Assembly: GCA_963804995.1 (NCBI GenBank)
Contig: CAWDSK010000009.1
Location: forward strand, 192,001 to 256,000
Origin: an uncultured Acidobacteriota bacterium
Lineage (GTDB): Bacteria; Acidobacteriota; Terriglobia; UBA7540
DNA length: 64,000 nucleotides
Reading direction: 5' to 3'
The translations under genes were made by a program, and so were the position numbers. This document shows positions 54,184 to 64,000 of this stretch, piece by piece (position 1 is the first letter of the stretch; every line of letters begins with the position of its first letter). The notes beneath the pieces were generated by a model. It saw nothing but the letters and a program-made list of their open reading frames with translations. It searched no databases and had not been told where the DNA came from.

Positions 54184-55503
54184 ATGATTACAAAAGTTAC
54201 GTCCGTGAAAGGACCGATCCCCGGTCCGAAATCCAAGGATTTGTTTGACCGTTGGGCGCGCGCGGAAGCGCAATGCACCGGCTATCAAGCGAAGGTCGCC
54301 TGGGATCACGCCAAGGGCGTGCTGGTGACTGACGTTGATGGCAACAAGTTTATCGACTGGACATCCGGCGTGCTGGTCACGAACGTCGGGCATTGCCATC
54401 CCGACCTCGTGAAGGCCGTGCAGGACGTGGCCGCGAAGCTGCTGAACAATTACGAGTGCCTGCACCCCTGGCGCGTGGAAGCTGCGGAGAAGTTGATTTC
54501 CGTTTTGCCGCCGCACCTGGACAGATGTTTCTTCCTCTCCACGGGAGGCGAGGTGGTGGAGGCGGCCATCCGCATCATGAAGCGGAAGACCGGCAAGTTT
54601 GAAATCATCAGTTTCTACGGTGGCTTTCACGGACGCACTTTTGCCGCGGCGGGGGCAGGCGGATTGCCTGGCCCGAAGAAGGGTTACGGGCCCACGCTAC
54701 CGGGGTCGATTCGCGTCCCCTTCCCGTACTGCTACCGCTGCCCGTTCAAGGCTGAGCCGACCACCTGCGACATGCTCTGCCTCGATTACATTGAAGACTC
54801 CGTGCGCGCCAACAGCACGGGCAGCCTGGCCGGGCTGATTGTTGAGCCCTATCTCGGCGCCGCGGGTTTTGTCTTTCCGCCGCAAGGATGGTTGAAGCGG
54901 CTGGAGCAATGGTTACGGTCACGCGGTTTGCTTTTCACGCTGGACGAAGTGCAGTCTTCCTACGGACGCACTGGGAAATTCTGGGCGATGGAGTGGGAAG
55001 AACTGACCCCGGATCTGGTGACCATCGGCAAAGGCATTGGCAGTGGCGTTCCGGCCTCGGCCCTCGCGGCGCGCAGCGAGGTGATTGGAGTCCTCGGTCA
55101 GGGCGAAATGAGCAGCACCATGGGCGGCAATCCGCTGGCAAGCGCCGCGGTGGCCGTGGTGGTCGACATCATGAAGCGCGAGCATCTGGAAGAAAACGCT
55201 CTGCGCATAGGCAAGCTGATGATGTCGCGCCTGCTTGAAATCAAGGAGAAGTCTCGCTATGTGGGCGACGTTCGCGGCATGGGATTGGTCATGGGCGTCG
55301 AGCTGGTGAAGGACAAGAAAACCAAGGAGCCGGCGCCTGACCTTACGCGCAAACTGATCGACGTAGCGGCTGAGAACGGCCTGCTGATTGGTTCGGTCGG
55401 GACCTTCGGCAACGTGATTCGCGTGGCCCCGCCTCTGGTAATTACCGAAGCCGAGGCTCACGAAAGTCTGGATATCTTCGAAAGGGCGCTTTCACTATTA
55501 TAA
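54184..55503 (+). CDS. Class III PLP aminotransferase (GabT-like)
   Basis: FHGRT, DEVQSSYGRTG, PDLVTIGKG, GGNP, RVAPPL. Confidence 0.92.
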   Translation: MITKVTSVKGPIPGPKSKDLFDRWARAEAQCTGYQAKVAWDHAKGVLVTDVDGNKFIDWTSGVLVTNVGHCHPDLVKAVQDVAAKLLNNYECLHPWRVEAAEKLISVLPPHLDRCFFLSTGGEVVEAAIRIMKRKTGKFEIISFYGGFHGRTFAAAGAGGLPGPKKGYGPTLPGSIRVPFPYCYRCPFKAEPTTCDMLCLDYIEDSVRANSTGSLAGLIVEPYLGAAGFVFPPQGWLKRLEQWLRSRGLLFTLDEVQSSYGRTGKFWAMEWEELTPDLVTIGKGIGSGVPASALAARSEVIGVLGQGEMSSTMGGNPLASAAVAVVVDIMKREHLEENALRIGKLMMSRLLEIKEKSRYVGDVRGMGLVMGVELVKDKKTKEPAPDLTRKLIDVAAENGLLIGSVGTFGNVIRVAPPLVITEAEAHESLDIFERALSLL

Positions 55504-55564
55504 GGAAGGCGAGTCCGTGGCGTGATTCGGCTATCTGCAATCAAGGGAAGAGGTTTCACTCGAA

Positions 55565-56122
55565 ATGCCAGAAACCCCCGAAGGGCAACTCGTTCCGCTT
55601 GAGCGCATCGAGTCCCGAATCTTCGTGTTGCGGGGGCACCGCGTGATGCTCGATCGGGACCTAGCTGGCCTCTATGGCGTGGCCACTCGCGTACTCAATC
55701 AAGCTGTGAAGCGGAATAGTGATCGGTTTCCGGAAGATTTCATGTTTCGTCTGACCAAAGAAGAGTCTACGCGCGTCCTCGCTTCAAGATCACAGACTGT
55801 GACCTTGAAGCGAGGGCAAAACATCAAATATGCGCCTCATGTATTTACGGAACACGGCGCGGTAATGCTTGCCAATGTGCTTAGGAGCCGTGTGGCTATT
55901 CGGGCGAGCATTCAGGTCGTTCGTGCATTTGTGCACCTGCGTCAGATGCTTGTCAGCAACCAGGAGATCGCGGCGAAATTTGAGGCATTGGAACGGAAAG
56001 TTGGGAAGCACGATGCAGATCTGCAGAGCATCCTCGCGATTTTAGAAAAACTTCTCCAACCTCCACCAGCAGTGTCAGGGAGGAAATCCTTGGGTTTCAT
56101 TCCCAGCCCAGAGAGAAAGTAA
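55565..56122 (+). CDS. ORF6N-domain DNA-binding protein
   Basis: RGHRVMLDRDLA.LYGV.T..LNQAVKRN.DRFPEDFMF, FTEHG..ML. Confidence 0.9.
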   Translation: MPETPEGQLVPLERIESRIFVLRGHRVMLDRDLAGLYGVATRVLNQAVKRNSDRFPEDFMFRLTKEESTRVLASRSQTVTLKRGQNIKYAPHVFTEHGAVMLANVLRSRVAIRASIQVVRAFVHLRQMLVSNQEIAAKFEALERKVGKHDADLQSILAILEKLLQPPPAVSGRKSLGFIPSPERK

Positions 56123-56141
56123 CGGTGGTGGACTTACATTC

Positions 56142-57443
56142 ATGAGGCCAACTATGACTCAAATTGCCATACCGGATATTCGCGCGGCGGTCCAGTCCGT
56201 CCAGCGCGAGACGGAGCAATTTCTCTGTGATTTGATTCGCTTCCCTTCTCTGCCCGGCCAGGAGACGGAGGCAGTGGATTGCGCCGCCGCGCGCTTCGCC
56301 GAGGTGGCGGAGGTGGAGCGCGTGCCGCTTTCCAACTCCCTGCGCGAGGACGAAGACTACAGCGATCCCGTCCCCGGCATCGAGTATGAGGGGCGGTCCA
56401 ACCTCCGCGTGCGCGTTCCCGGAACCGGCGGCGGGCGCTCACTGCTCTTCAACACCCATCTCGATGTCGTGCCCGCCTCGAAAGGGCAGATCGGCGCTTT
56501 TGAACCGCGCGTGGAGGCAAACAAGATTTTTGGGCGCGGCGCCTGCGACGCCAAAGGACAAGCCGTCACGATCTTCACTGCGCTGCTGGCCGCGAAACGC
56601 CTGGGCTTGAAATTTCGGGGCGATGTCATCGCGCACCTGGTGGTGGAAGAGGAGGTGGGCGGCAACGGCACGCTGGTGATGGCGCGTCGCGGTGAGAAGG
56701 CGGATGCCTGCATTGTGATGGAGCCCACCGAGCAGCGCATTCTCACCTCGGTGCGGGGCGCCGTGTGGTTCCGGGTAATTTGCACCGGCAAACCAGGACA
56801 CCCGGGGCGGGTGGGCGATACGATCAGCGCGCTGCGCATGGCCATTCGCGCCATTGAAATCCTGGACCAGTATCATGCGCGCCTGCTCGCAGCGTCCCGG
56901 GGCTTTCCGCTTTTTGATCCCTTCCCGAATCCCATGCCGATTATCTTTGGCAAACTCATGTCGGGCGACTGGCCGGCCATGTCGCCTGCCAGTGCCACCC
57001 TAGAGGGCGTGCTGGGCCTCTTGCCGAACAAGACTCGCTACCAGGTGATGGAGGAGATGCGGCAGGCCCTGGTGGAGGGTGGAGACGAGTGGTTCCGCGA
57101 GCACTTCCGGCTTGAATTCATGTACCGGCACGACGCGCAGGTGCTCGACCCGGCGCACCCGCTGGCCACCGGTCTTCAGGCCTGCGCCCGCGAAGCCGGA
57201 GGTCGCGGCGAAATCAGCGCCATGCCCGCGTCGTGCGATTCCTGGTTGTATAATAACCAACTTAAGATTCCTACACTGGTGTATGGCCCGGGCAGCCTGG
57301 GTTTTGCCCACACGACCATAGAGCAGATCGGCCTGGATGAAATTGGCCAGGCGGCCACCACTCTGGTGCGGTTCCTGGGGGAATGGTGCGGGCAGGAGGA
57401 GTTCACCGCAGAGACGCAGAGACGCAGAGAAAAGGGCTTTTGA
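56142..57443 (+). CDS. M20 metallo-hydrolase (ArgE/DapE-like deacylase)
   Basis: NTHLDVVP, GRGACDAKG, EEEVGG, MEPT, AH. Confidence 0.88.
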   Translation: MRPTMTQIAIPDIRAAVQSVQRETEQFLCDLIRFPSLPGQETEAVDCAAARFAEVAEVERVPLSNSLREDEDYSDPVPGIEYEGRSNLRVRVPGTGGGRSLLFNTHLDVVPASKGQIGAFEPRVEANKIFGRGACDAKGQAVTIFTALLAAKRLGLKFRGDVIAHLVVEEEVGGNGTLVMARRGEKADACIVMEPTEQRILTSVRGAVWFRVICTGKPGHPGRVGDTISALRMAIRAIEILDQYHARLLAASRGFPLFDPFPNPMPIIFGKLMSGDWPAMSPASATLEGVLGLLPNKTRYQVMEEMRQALVEGGDEWFREHFRLEFMYRHDAQVLDPAHPLATGLQACAREAGGRGEISAMPASCDSWLYNNQLKIPTLVYGPGSLGFAHTTIEQIGLDEIGQAATTLVRFLGEWCGQEEFTAETQRRREKGF

Positions 57444-57508
57444 CTACACTTCTCTGGGCCTCCGCGCCTCTGCGGTGAGATGTCCGAAGACTGGGGGATT
57501 ACGACGTT

Positions 57509-58546
57509 ATGCAAGCACTCATGAAAACCCAGAAAGGCGTTGGCTTCCTCGAACTTCGCGAGGTGCCGGAGCCCACTCCCGGTCGGGGTGAGTTTTTGAT
57601 TGAGGTTAAAGCCTGCGGAATCTGTGGCACGGACATTCATGTGTGGCACGACAAGTTTCCCTACTGGCCGCCGGTGATTCTGGGGCACGAGTTTTCCGGC
57701 GAAATCGTCGCGGCCGGTCCGGAAACGAGCTTGTTCAAAATTGGCGAGCGCGTGGTGGGCGAGCCGCACACGCAAGCCTGCGGCCACTGCTACTTGTGCC
57801 GGACGGGCAACATTCAGATATGCCCGCTGAAGCGCTCACCGGGCTGGGGGATTGACGGCGCGCTCACCAAGTACCTGAAGATGCCGGAGCGGCTTTTGCA
57901 CCGGATTCCCGACTCCATGAGCTACGACCTCGCGGCGCTTGTCGAGCCCACGGCCAACGTGGTGCACGATGTTGTGGAGCGCGCCCGGATCGATGCGGGT
58001 GACTTCGTGGTGGTGCTTGGACCCGGCCCCATCGGCTTGCTGGCAGCGCTCACGGCGCGCGCCGCGGGCGCCCGGCAAGTGGTGATCGTAGGCGCTCCGG
58101 CCGATGAGGAAATCCGCCTGAAGAAAGCCCGCGAGCTGGGTTTTGAAATCGTTCTCAACGTGGCGCAATCGAATCCTGTGGAAGTGGTCCGCGAGCTCAC
58201 CGCCGGCCTGGGGGCTGACCTGGTGATTGAGTGCAGCGGCGCTCCCCCCGCCATCGCCTCCACCGTCGACCTTATCCGCAAGAAGGGCCGTATCTGCGTC
58301 ATCGGTTTGACCGGCAAAGACTCGATTCCCTTCCCCTGGGACAAGGCGGCGTTCAAAGTTTGCGAGGTGATTTTCAACCTTTCCACCAGCTATACGAGCT
58401 GGGATCGAACCATTCATTTGATCGCCAGCGGCCGCCTGCCCGCGGGAGAGGTGATCACGCACAGGCTGCCGCTTGCGGATTGGAAGATTGGTTTCGACGG
58501 GCTCGATGCGCAGAAGGAATTGAAGGTTCTGATTACTCCTGAATGA
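57509..58546 (+). CDS. Zinc-binding MDR dehydrogenase (sorbitol/threonine dehydrogenase-like)
   Basis: CGTD.H, GHE, CGHCYLC...C, GPGPIG. Confidence 0.9.
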   Translation: MQALMKTQKGVGFLELREVPEPTPGRGEFLIEVKACGICGTDIHVWHDKFPYWPPVILGHEFSGEIVAAGPETSLFKIGERVVGEPHTQACGHCYLCRTGNIQICPLKRSPGWGIDGALTKYLKMPERLLHRIPDSMSYDLAALVEPTANVVHDVVERARIDAGDFVVVLGPGPIGLLAALTARAAGARQVVIVGAPADEEIRLKKARELGFEIVLNVAQSNPVEVVRELTAGLGADLVIECSGAPPAIASTVDLIRKKGRICVIGLTGKDSIPFPWDKAAFKVCEVIFNLSTSYTSWDRTIHLIASGRLPAGEVITHRLPLADWKIGFDGLDAQKELKVLITPE

Positions 58547-58553
58547 GGAAACC

Positions 58554-59624
58554 ATGACTAACGATTCACGCCTAGGTTTTGGACTATTAGGGACTGGACT
58601 GATCGCACCGTTCCACGCCAAGGCTATCCTGGCAGCCAGTGGGGCGCGCCTGGTGGCGGTGGCGGATACAGACGCGGCCCGCCTCAAAAAATTCACCGCC
58701 GAATTCAGCATCCCGGGATACGCCACGCTCAACGAGATGCTGGCCAATCCCGCGGTTCATGTGGTGAATATCCTTACGCCCAACCACCTGCACGCCGACG
58801 CGGTAGTAAAAGCGGCCCGGGCGGGCAAACACACTTTGGTGGAGAAGCCGCCGGCCATGTCGTTGCGCGAAATGGATACCATGGCAGCGGCCGCGGCCGC
58901 GGCGGGCGTCAAGTGCGGCGTGGTGCTGCAATGCCGGACGCGCCGGTCAACCCAGGCCATTCGCACCGCCATCCAGCAGGGACGGTTTGGGAAAATCCAT
59001 CACGCCGACACTTACATGAAATGGTTCCGCACTACGGATTACTATCTCATGGATGCCTGGCGCACCTCGCGCCGCTCCGGCGCCGGCGTAACCATTCAGC
59101 AGGCGTTCCACTATCTGGATTTGCTGCAGTACTTGGTGGGCCCGGTCAAACGGGTGCACGCGCAAATGACCAACCTCGCGCATCCCGCCGTCGCTCTCGA
59201 AGACACCTCCCTGGCGTTTGTGACTTACGCGAGCGGCGCGCAAGGAGTGGTCCAGGCTTCGACCGCCCTTTGGCCGGGAACCGATGTCCGCGTCGAGGTG
59301 AACGGCGATAACGGCACGGCCATCATGGTGGGCGAGAGAATTGAGACCTGGAAGTTCAAGGACAACCGGCCGGAGGATGAGGAGATTCGCCATATTGGCA
59401 GCGCCTCGGTGGCAACGGGTGCGACCGGCGCGGCCGATCTGGGATTCCGCGATCATCAAACGGTCGTCGAGGATATGGTGCGCGCCGTGGCCGAGGGTCG
59501 CGAACCCATGATCACCCTCGCGAGCGTGCGCCCCACGCTCGAGTGGGCCCTCGCCATGTACCAATCCGCCAAGCAAGGGACACCCGTGGAGTTGCCGATT
59601 TTGGATGAAGACGCGGTGTGGTAG
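58554..59624 (+). CDS. Gfo/Idh/MocA oxidoreductase
   Basis: GTGLIA, TPNHLH, VEKP, QAFHYLD. Confidence 0.88.
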   Translation: MTNDSRLGFGLLGTGLIAPFHAKAILAASGARLVAVADTDAARLKKFTAEFSIPGYATLNEMLANPAVHVVNILTPNHLHADAVVKAARAGKHTLVEKPPAMSLREMDTMAAAAAAAGVKCGVVLQCRTRRSTQAIRTAIQQGRFGKIHHADTYMKWFRTTDYYLMDAWRTSRRSGAGVTIQQAFHYLDLLQYLVGPVKRVHAQMTNLAHPAVALEDTSLAFVTYASGAQGVVQASTALWPGTDVRVEVNGDNGTAIMVGERIETWKFKDNRPEDEEIRHIGSASVATGATGAADLGFRDHQTVVEDMVRAVAEGREPMITLASVRPTLEWALAMYQSAKQGTPVELPILDEDAVW

Positions 59625-59735
59625 GGAAGCTTTCAGCTTTCAGCCATCAGCTATCAGCTATCAGCTAAGAGCTTGGAACTAGACCCACATTTCCAATTTG
59701 AGCGTTACCTCCGAATCTTCGGGTCGTCGCCGAGA

Positions 59736-59902
59736 GGAACGGTATCAGGAAGCTGTGAAAAAATAGACAATCTCGCGCAGAGACGCAGAGGCGCAGAGAT
59801 TTTAAGCAAATAACTGATTTGTTTTCTTTGTGGCCTCCGCGCCTCTGCGCAAGATGCTTTTGCTCGTTCCGGAATTTCTTCACAGCTTCCTGACACCGTT
59901 CC
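59736..59902. repeat. Nested MITE-like element with ~29-bp terminal inverted repeats and an internal GCAGAG hairpin
   Basis: ggaacggtatcaggaagctgtgaaaaaat ... atttcttcacagcttcctgacaccgttcc; related copy at 60705-60958. Confidence 0.75.
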
Positions 59903-59974
59903 TGCTCACCGTTCCTGCTGACACCGTTCCTGACACCGTCCCGTGGTTTGTTGGATTTTGAGAGTTACGGTGGG

Positions 59975-60319
59975 TTACGGGTGTGCGGGTTGATGTTCCA
60001 GGTTGCCGCGGACGGCAAAATCCACAAGGGCGCGACGCACGGCATCCGGCTCACGGTCAATCACGATCAGGAAAGCCCGTGCCGCCCCGGAAGGCACTAC
60101 CCGGCCTTGCTCCCATTCCTGCACCGTCCGAACGCTTACACCAAAATACGCCGCAAACTGGCTCTGGCTCATTTTGATTTTCTTGCGAATCCGCGCCGTG
60201 TCGATCTCGTCAGGGATGTGGACAACGCAAGCGTTGTTTTCCCCCTGGGCGAATGCCAAAGCCTGCCTGGCACTGGATATCATCCGTTGTCCTGCGGTCA
60301 GTTTCCTGGCCATGGTCAT
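59975..60319 (-). CDS. HTH antitoxin (HigA-like)
   Basis: [31 protein letters not shown]. Confidence 0.88.
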   Translation of the reverse strand: MTMARKLTAGQRMISSARQALAFAQGENNACVVHIPDEIDTARIRKKIKMSQSQFAAYFGVSVRTVQEWEQGRVVPSGAARAFLIVIDREPDAVRRALVDFAVRGNLEHQPAHP

Positions 60320-60657
60320 TTTCTCCTTCGATAAGCATCGGCAAGGGCAGCAAGTACGCTTTTCAGCTCATTCCGCTCTGCCTGCGATAAGTCGGTTTTT
60401 TCGTTCTTGGCAAACACGTTCAGCAAAAACACGGGAACGTCCTTACCACTGTAAAAGGTGATAACCCTGTAACCGCCACTCTTGCCTTTACCCTTACCCG
60501 CAAAGCGAACTTTGCGTGCGCCTCCGGCACCCCTGATTTCCTTCCCGGCATCGGGGTTCGCCGCAATAAAATCCAAGATGCCCAAGCGTTCATGGTCTGT
60601 TACTCCCGCCGCCCTTGCATCTCGGAGATAGGATTCTGTTTCGACAACTGTTTGCAC
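60316..60657 (-). CDS. RelE/HigB-family toxin
   Basis: [17 protein letters not shown]...[19 protein letters not shown]. Confidence 0.9.
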   Translation of the reverse strand: MQTVVETESYLRDARAAGVTDHERLGILDFIAANPDAGKEIRGAGGARKVRFAGKGKGKSGGYRVITFYSGKDVPVFLLNVFAKNEKTDLSQAERNELKSVLAALADAYRRRK

Positions 60658-61410
60658 GGGCTAACTATACGTTAGAAACGGATACAGGTCAACCCTAGTG
60701 GGGGGGAACGGTGTCAGGAACCCGTGAAAAAATGAGCAGCCTCGCGCAGAGGCGCAGAGCCGCAGAGATTCGAAATAAATAAATGCTTTAATTTCATTGC
60801 CGCCTCCGCGCCTCTGCGTCTCTGCGCGAGATGCTTTTGGTCTTCTGGCTAATTCTTCACACCTTCCAGGTACCTTTACTTTTTAATAAGCGAAGCCGAG
60901 TCTACGGTTCGGAGTCCTGGGTATCGGGGGCACCGATAAGGGTACCTGACACCGTTCTCCCGAACGCCCATCTTGCTAAGAGCCGCGGAGGAGGGCTGAA
61001 ATGCGCCCACCTCTGCTACCTGCTCCATGCTCTCTATGCACCGAATGTTGTGATCGCATACATACCAAAAGGCGGCACGTATGCGCCACCCGCGATTAGA
61101 TGACGTGAAGCGCAGAGCTGCGCTCTGCGATTCACGTGTCTGACCCTACCCGCCGAGATTCCCATGATGCCGATTTGCGGAACAAGCTTCCGATTTCATG
61201 ATCGGAACGATTCTCCCGCCTGACCATGGACCGGATTACTTGATTCGCACTAAATCGCAGAACTGAGCTCGTTCTGCGCCAGCCTGCCGTTCCCACCGTT
61301 CCCTCTCGCGGCGGGGCCTTCTTGCTTTGGTACTGCGGAGTTGTTCTTGAACTCCCCGGCTTGTATACTCGGGACCCGTCAGAGTTCGTAAAGCAACTCT
61401 GTGCTTGTGA

Positions 61411-62007
61411 GTGGCACTTGTTATGGGAATTCGGACGCATAAGATCGAGCCGCATTGGAACTACCTTCTTGCCATCGAACGCGATGTCCTTGCGTTATCG
61501 AGCTACATAGAATTCGACGAAAAGAATTTCGCGTGCTTTTCAATCGAGATTGCTAGGATTCTCCTCGCGTCAAGCGCGGAGGTTGACGTCGTCTGCAAGC
61601 AACTATGTAGACTGATTAATGCCCAGTCAAACGCGGATACCATAAACCAATACCGGGACGAGATAATAAGGGCCTTTGCTGGAATCGGCCAGTTCGAAGT
61701 ATTACTGCCTCGGTTCGGGCTTAGCCTACGGCCTTGGGACGAGTGGAACAAACCTAACGGCGTACCCCTGTGGTGGACGGCGTACAACAAGATAAAGCAC
61801 AAGCGAGACTCGGAATATGGACGGGCCAATCTGAAGAACGCTCTAAACGCAGTGGCGGGTCTTTTTGTCATGGTGCTTTACCTCTACAAAAACAAAGCGC
61901 AGTCCGGGGAATTGCTTCCTTCTCCTCAGCTTCTGAGAGTTGGTGACAAGCACTTCGGAGGTACTACTTTCTTGGACTACGAATTTGGGGTCAACTACAA
62001 GCTGTAG
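61411..62007 (+). CDS. Conserved hypothetical protein, possibly HEPN-like
   Basis: WNYLLAIE.D, SAEVDVV.K, P.WW.AYNKIKH.R; AT-richer than its flanks. Confidence 0.6.
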   Translation: MALVMGIRTHKIEPHWNYLLAIERDVLALSSYIEFDEKNFACFSIEIARILLASSAEVDVVCKQLCRLINAQSNADTINQYRDEIIRAFAGIGQFEVLLPRFGLSLRPWDEWNKPNGVPLWWTAYNKIKHKRDSEYGRANLKNALNAVAGLFVMVLYLYKNKAQSGELLPSPQLLRVGDKHFGGTTFLDYEFGVNYKL

Positions 62008-62104
62008 TCCACGATGCATCAACAAGGAATCTGCGGTGAGGAATCGCAGACCCCGCAAAGCAATGGTCTCCGCCAGTCAGCCTCTGCTTCGGGAGTCAGG
62101 AAAG

Positions 62105-63067
62105 ATGGGAACATTCCAGGAACGACTCAAAGAGGTACTTGCGCGGTACCTCATATGCTGCACTGATGAGCATCCCAGTCACAAAACAAGTCACATCCAT
62201 CCGCTAAGCGTCGCCTTGTCGGAATTTGCGCCCCCCCTCGAAGGATGTGTGGAGGCCCTCAAGCGTAACCTGAACGCGGTTGTGCACACGACCACGATAC
62301 CATTCCAGCTCATTTCTGCCAGCGTTCACGAGAGGCGATTCCAGCAGCTTCACATGGCCGCTCGGATACAAATGTTGACGAGGGTTAATGCGGGTGAGGA
62401 TCTTCCGGAGGCGCTTCAGCGCGAGGCCTACGAGGTCGCACAGAGGGAGATGGACAGAGAGCTCAAGGAGAAGGAGGAGCAATTCGCACGTGCTACTATT
62501 GAAGAGCTCCATGCAGCACTCGCGAAACCGCCCGTCGCCTCAGCTACTGCCGAGATCCTTCGTCAAGGTGAGGTCCTTATTTGGGGCGCACTGGAGGTCC
62601 TTTCGCATGACCTCTTTGTCACTCTCCTCAACACTCGTCCGAGCCTTGCGGCTGTGGTTGCTCAGGAGGACAACTGCAGGCGTCTTTTCCAGATAAAGGC
62701 GCTTCCGATGGAAACCCTAAGTACTTATGCATTCGATGTCTCGGGTCACATGGGGAGCATTCTGGCCGACCAGCATCCGATAGACTCGGTCCCGACCATG
62801 CGCGTAGTTTTTCGCGCACTCTTCCCGGCTAACGACCGCCTGCATGAGCTTCTGTCTAGTCGCTCTCTGTGGCTGATTTGGCAGCGGCGGCACCTAATCG
62901 TGCACCGGCGAGCGATCGTGGACGATACATACCTCAGTAACACCGGAGATGCTGCTACACCCGGTGAGGAGCTCTGCATCTCGGCTGCAACCCTCGAGGC
63001 TGATCTAGTCCTGGTCCGTGACATTGGAGTAGAACTCATCCGGAGTGGAACGGCCTTGCTTCGGTAG
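62105..63067 (+). CDS. Putative HEPN-domain protein (RxxxxH)
   Basis: W.ALE upstream acidic motif and QRRHLIVH...VDD.Y. Confidence 0.6.
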   Translation: MGTFQERLKEVLARYLICCTDEHPSHKTSHIHPLSVALSEFAPPLEGCVEALKRNLNAVVHTTTIPFQLISASVHERRFQQLHMAARIQMLTRVNAGEDLPEALQREAYEVAQREMDRELKEKEEQFARATIEELHAALAKPPVASATAEILRQGEVLIWGALEVLSHDLFVTLLNTRPSLAAVVAQEDNCRRLFQIKALPMETLSTYAFDVSGHMGSILADQHPIDSVPTMRVVFRALFPANDRLHELLSSRSLWLIWQRRHLIVHRRAIVDDTYLSNTGDAATPGEELCISAATLEADLVLVRDIGVELIRSGTALLR

Positions 63068-63229
63068 GCGGGCTGGCGCAGGGCGAGCACAGCCCTGCGA
63101 TTCTGGTGCGGTTAATTGACGTGAATCGCAGAGCTGCGCTTTGCGCCAGCCCGTGGAAGCGTGACCCTTCTCTTGTTGTATTCAGCATGGTAGACTCCAC
63201 GCTATTATCCCCTTGCCAAAGGAAGGTCT

Positions 63230-63829
63230 ATGCAGACTGCTTGTTTTATTTCCTACGCACTGCTCATTGCCGCGCTTGCAGTTGGCGGATTCTATCTACG
63301 ATACGTAATTGGCCAGCAGAAGGTACTGGCGGACCGTGCCCTAGGCGAAAAGGACGCGACGATTGAGCGTCTGAAAACGCAGATCGATCACCTTGATCAG
63401 CAAGTGGGTGTGCTTGTGAGGTGGCAATGTCCGGCGCTCATGAAGGATCGTGCAACGTTGATTGCGGGCATCGAGCAGCTCATCACGGAAAGAGACCAAA
63501 TTGTGCAGCACCTTTCTCAGGAAGCCCAACGTAGGGCGTGGCATGGCGCACGCCTGGGCTTTCGCCTTGGTCTATTTGAGGCCCTTGGAGCTTTGGGAAT
63601 CATCTGCGATATTGTTCGGCAGGAAATTCAAATCGACCGCAAATCGTTTCCGAGCCCAGCATTCATCGAGAAAGCCGACGAAATTCGCAGCGAAATCTAT
63701 GGAAGGATTGAAGCAGACGAAACAGAGCCCGAGACACTCCTCCATAGTGCATATGCCGACGCGCACATCGAGTTTCTGCGGCGATTGCAAGCGAGCGGAT
63801 TTGAGCATGAAAGGCTCAATTCCAGATGA
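63230..63829 (+). CDS. Hypothetical protein with an N-terminal TM segment and coiled coil
   Basis: RBS aggaagg; YALLIAALAVGGFYL; KDATIERLKTQIDHLDQQV. Confidence 0.6.
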   Translation: MQTACFISYALLIAALAVGGFYLRYVIGQQKVLADRALGEKDATIERLKTQIDHLDQQVGVLVRWQCPALMKDRATLIAGIEQLITERDQIVQHLSQEAQRRAWHGARLGFRLGLFEALGALGIICDIVRQEIQIDRKSFPSPAFIEKADEIRSEIYGRIEADETEPETLLHSAYADAHIEFLRRLQASGFEHERLNSR

Positions 63830-64000
63830 AATGCCGCCGACCTAAACCGCAGGTCCGCGCCACTTGCTGGAGCTATTAGACGATACTTATTTGTATCGGA
63901 GGCCCGGCGACGACGAACTTTGATTTAGTGCTATCTGCAACGGCTCCCCGCCATACGTTGGCGGGCTGGCGCAGGGCGAGCGCAGCCCTGTGCATTTGCG

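Noticed and set aside
63068..63992. Integron attC sites
   Set aside because: No convincing RYYYAAC...GTTRRRY pairs and no intI; the repeats match the window-wide REP family.

Overview
GC-rich bacterial chromosomal window, probably Acidobacteriota/Terriglobia-like (inferred from pilin style, PEGA/WD40 secreted proteins and repeat families; not proven). Housekeeping and metabolic genes include mglA, pntA1/pntA2/pntB, dhaKL, a seven-enzyme catabolic operon, a sugar porter, glycoside hydrolases, a pentaheme cytochrome and two type IV pilin paralogues. The window also holds a 23S-5S rRNA unit with no 16S gene, a complete group II intron, about ten intact or decayed toxin-antitoxin modules, and many REP/REPIN, MITE-like and heptamer tandem repeats. 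The most unusual signals are: (1) a ~0.7 kb islet bounded by a perfect 70-bp duplication of the 3' half of the 5S rRNA gene; (2) a chromosomal heptamer-repeat element forming a long hairpin inside 23S rRNA domain I; (3) a group II intron whose EBS1 matches a multicopy REPIN palindrome, with the empty target visible next to it; (4) an unlinked 23S-5S unit; (5) an adjacent P-loop kinase plus dCMP deaminase pair resembling a split AvcD/Dcd; (6) a conserved structured 5'UTR in front of both pilins. Four frameshifts share one signature (GA>GAA) and are probably systematic sequencing errors. All calls come from reading motifs by eye; no database search was run.
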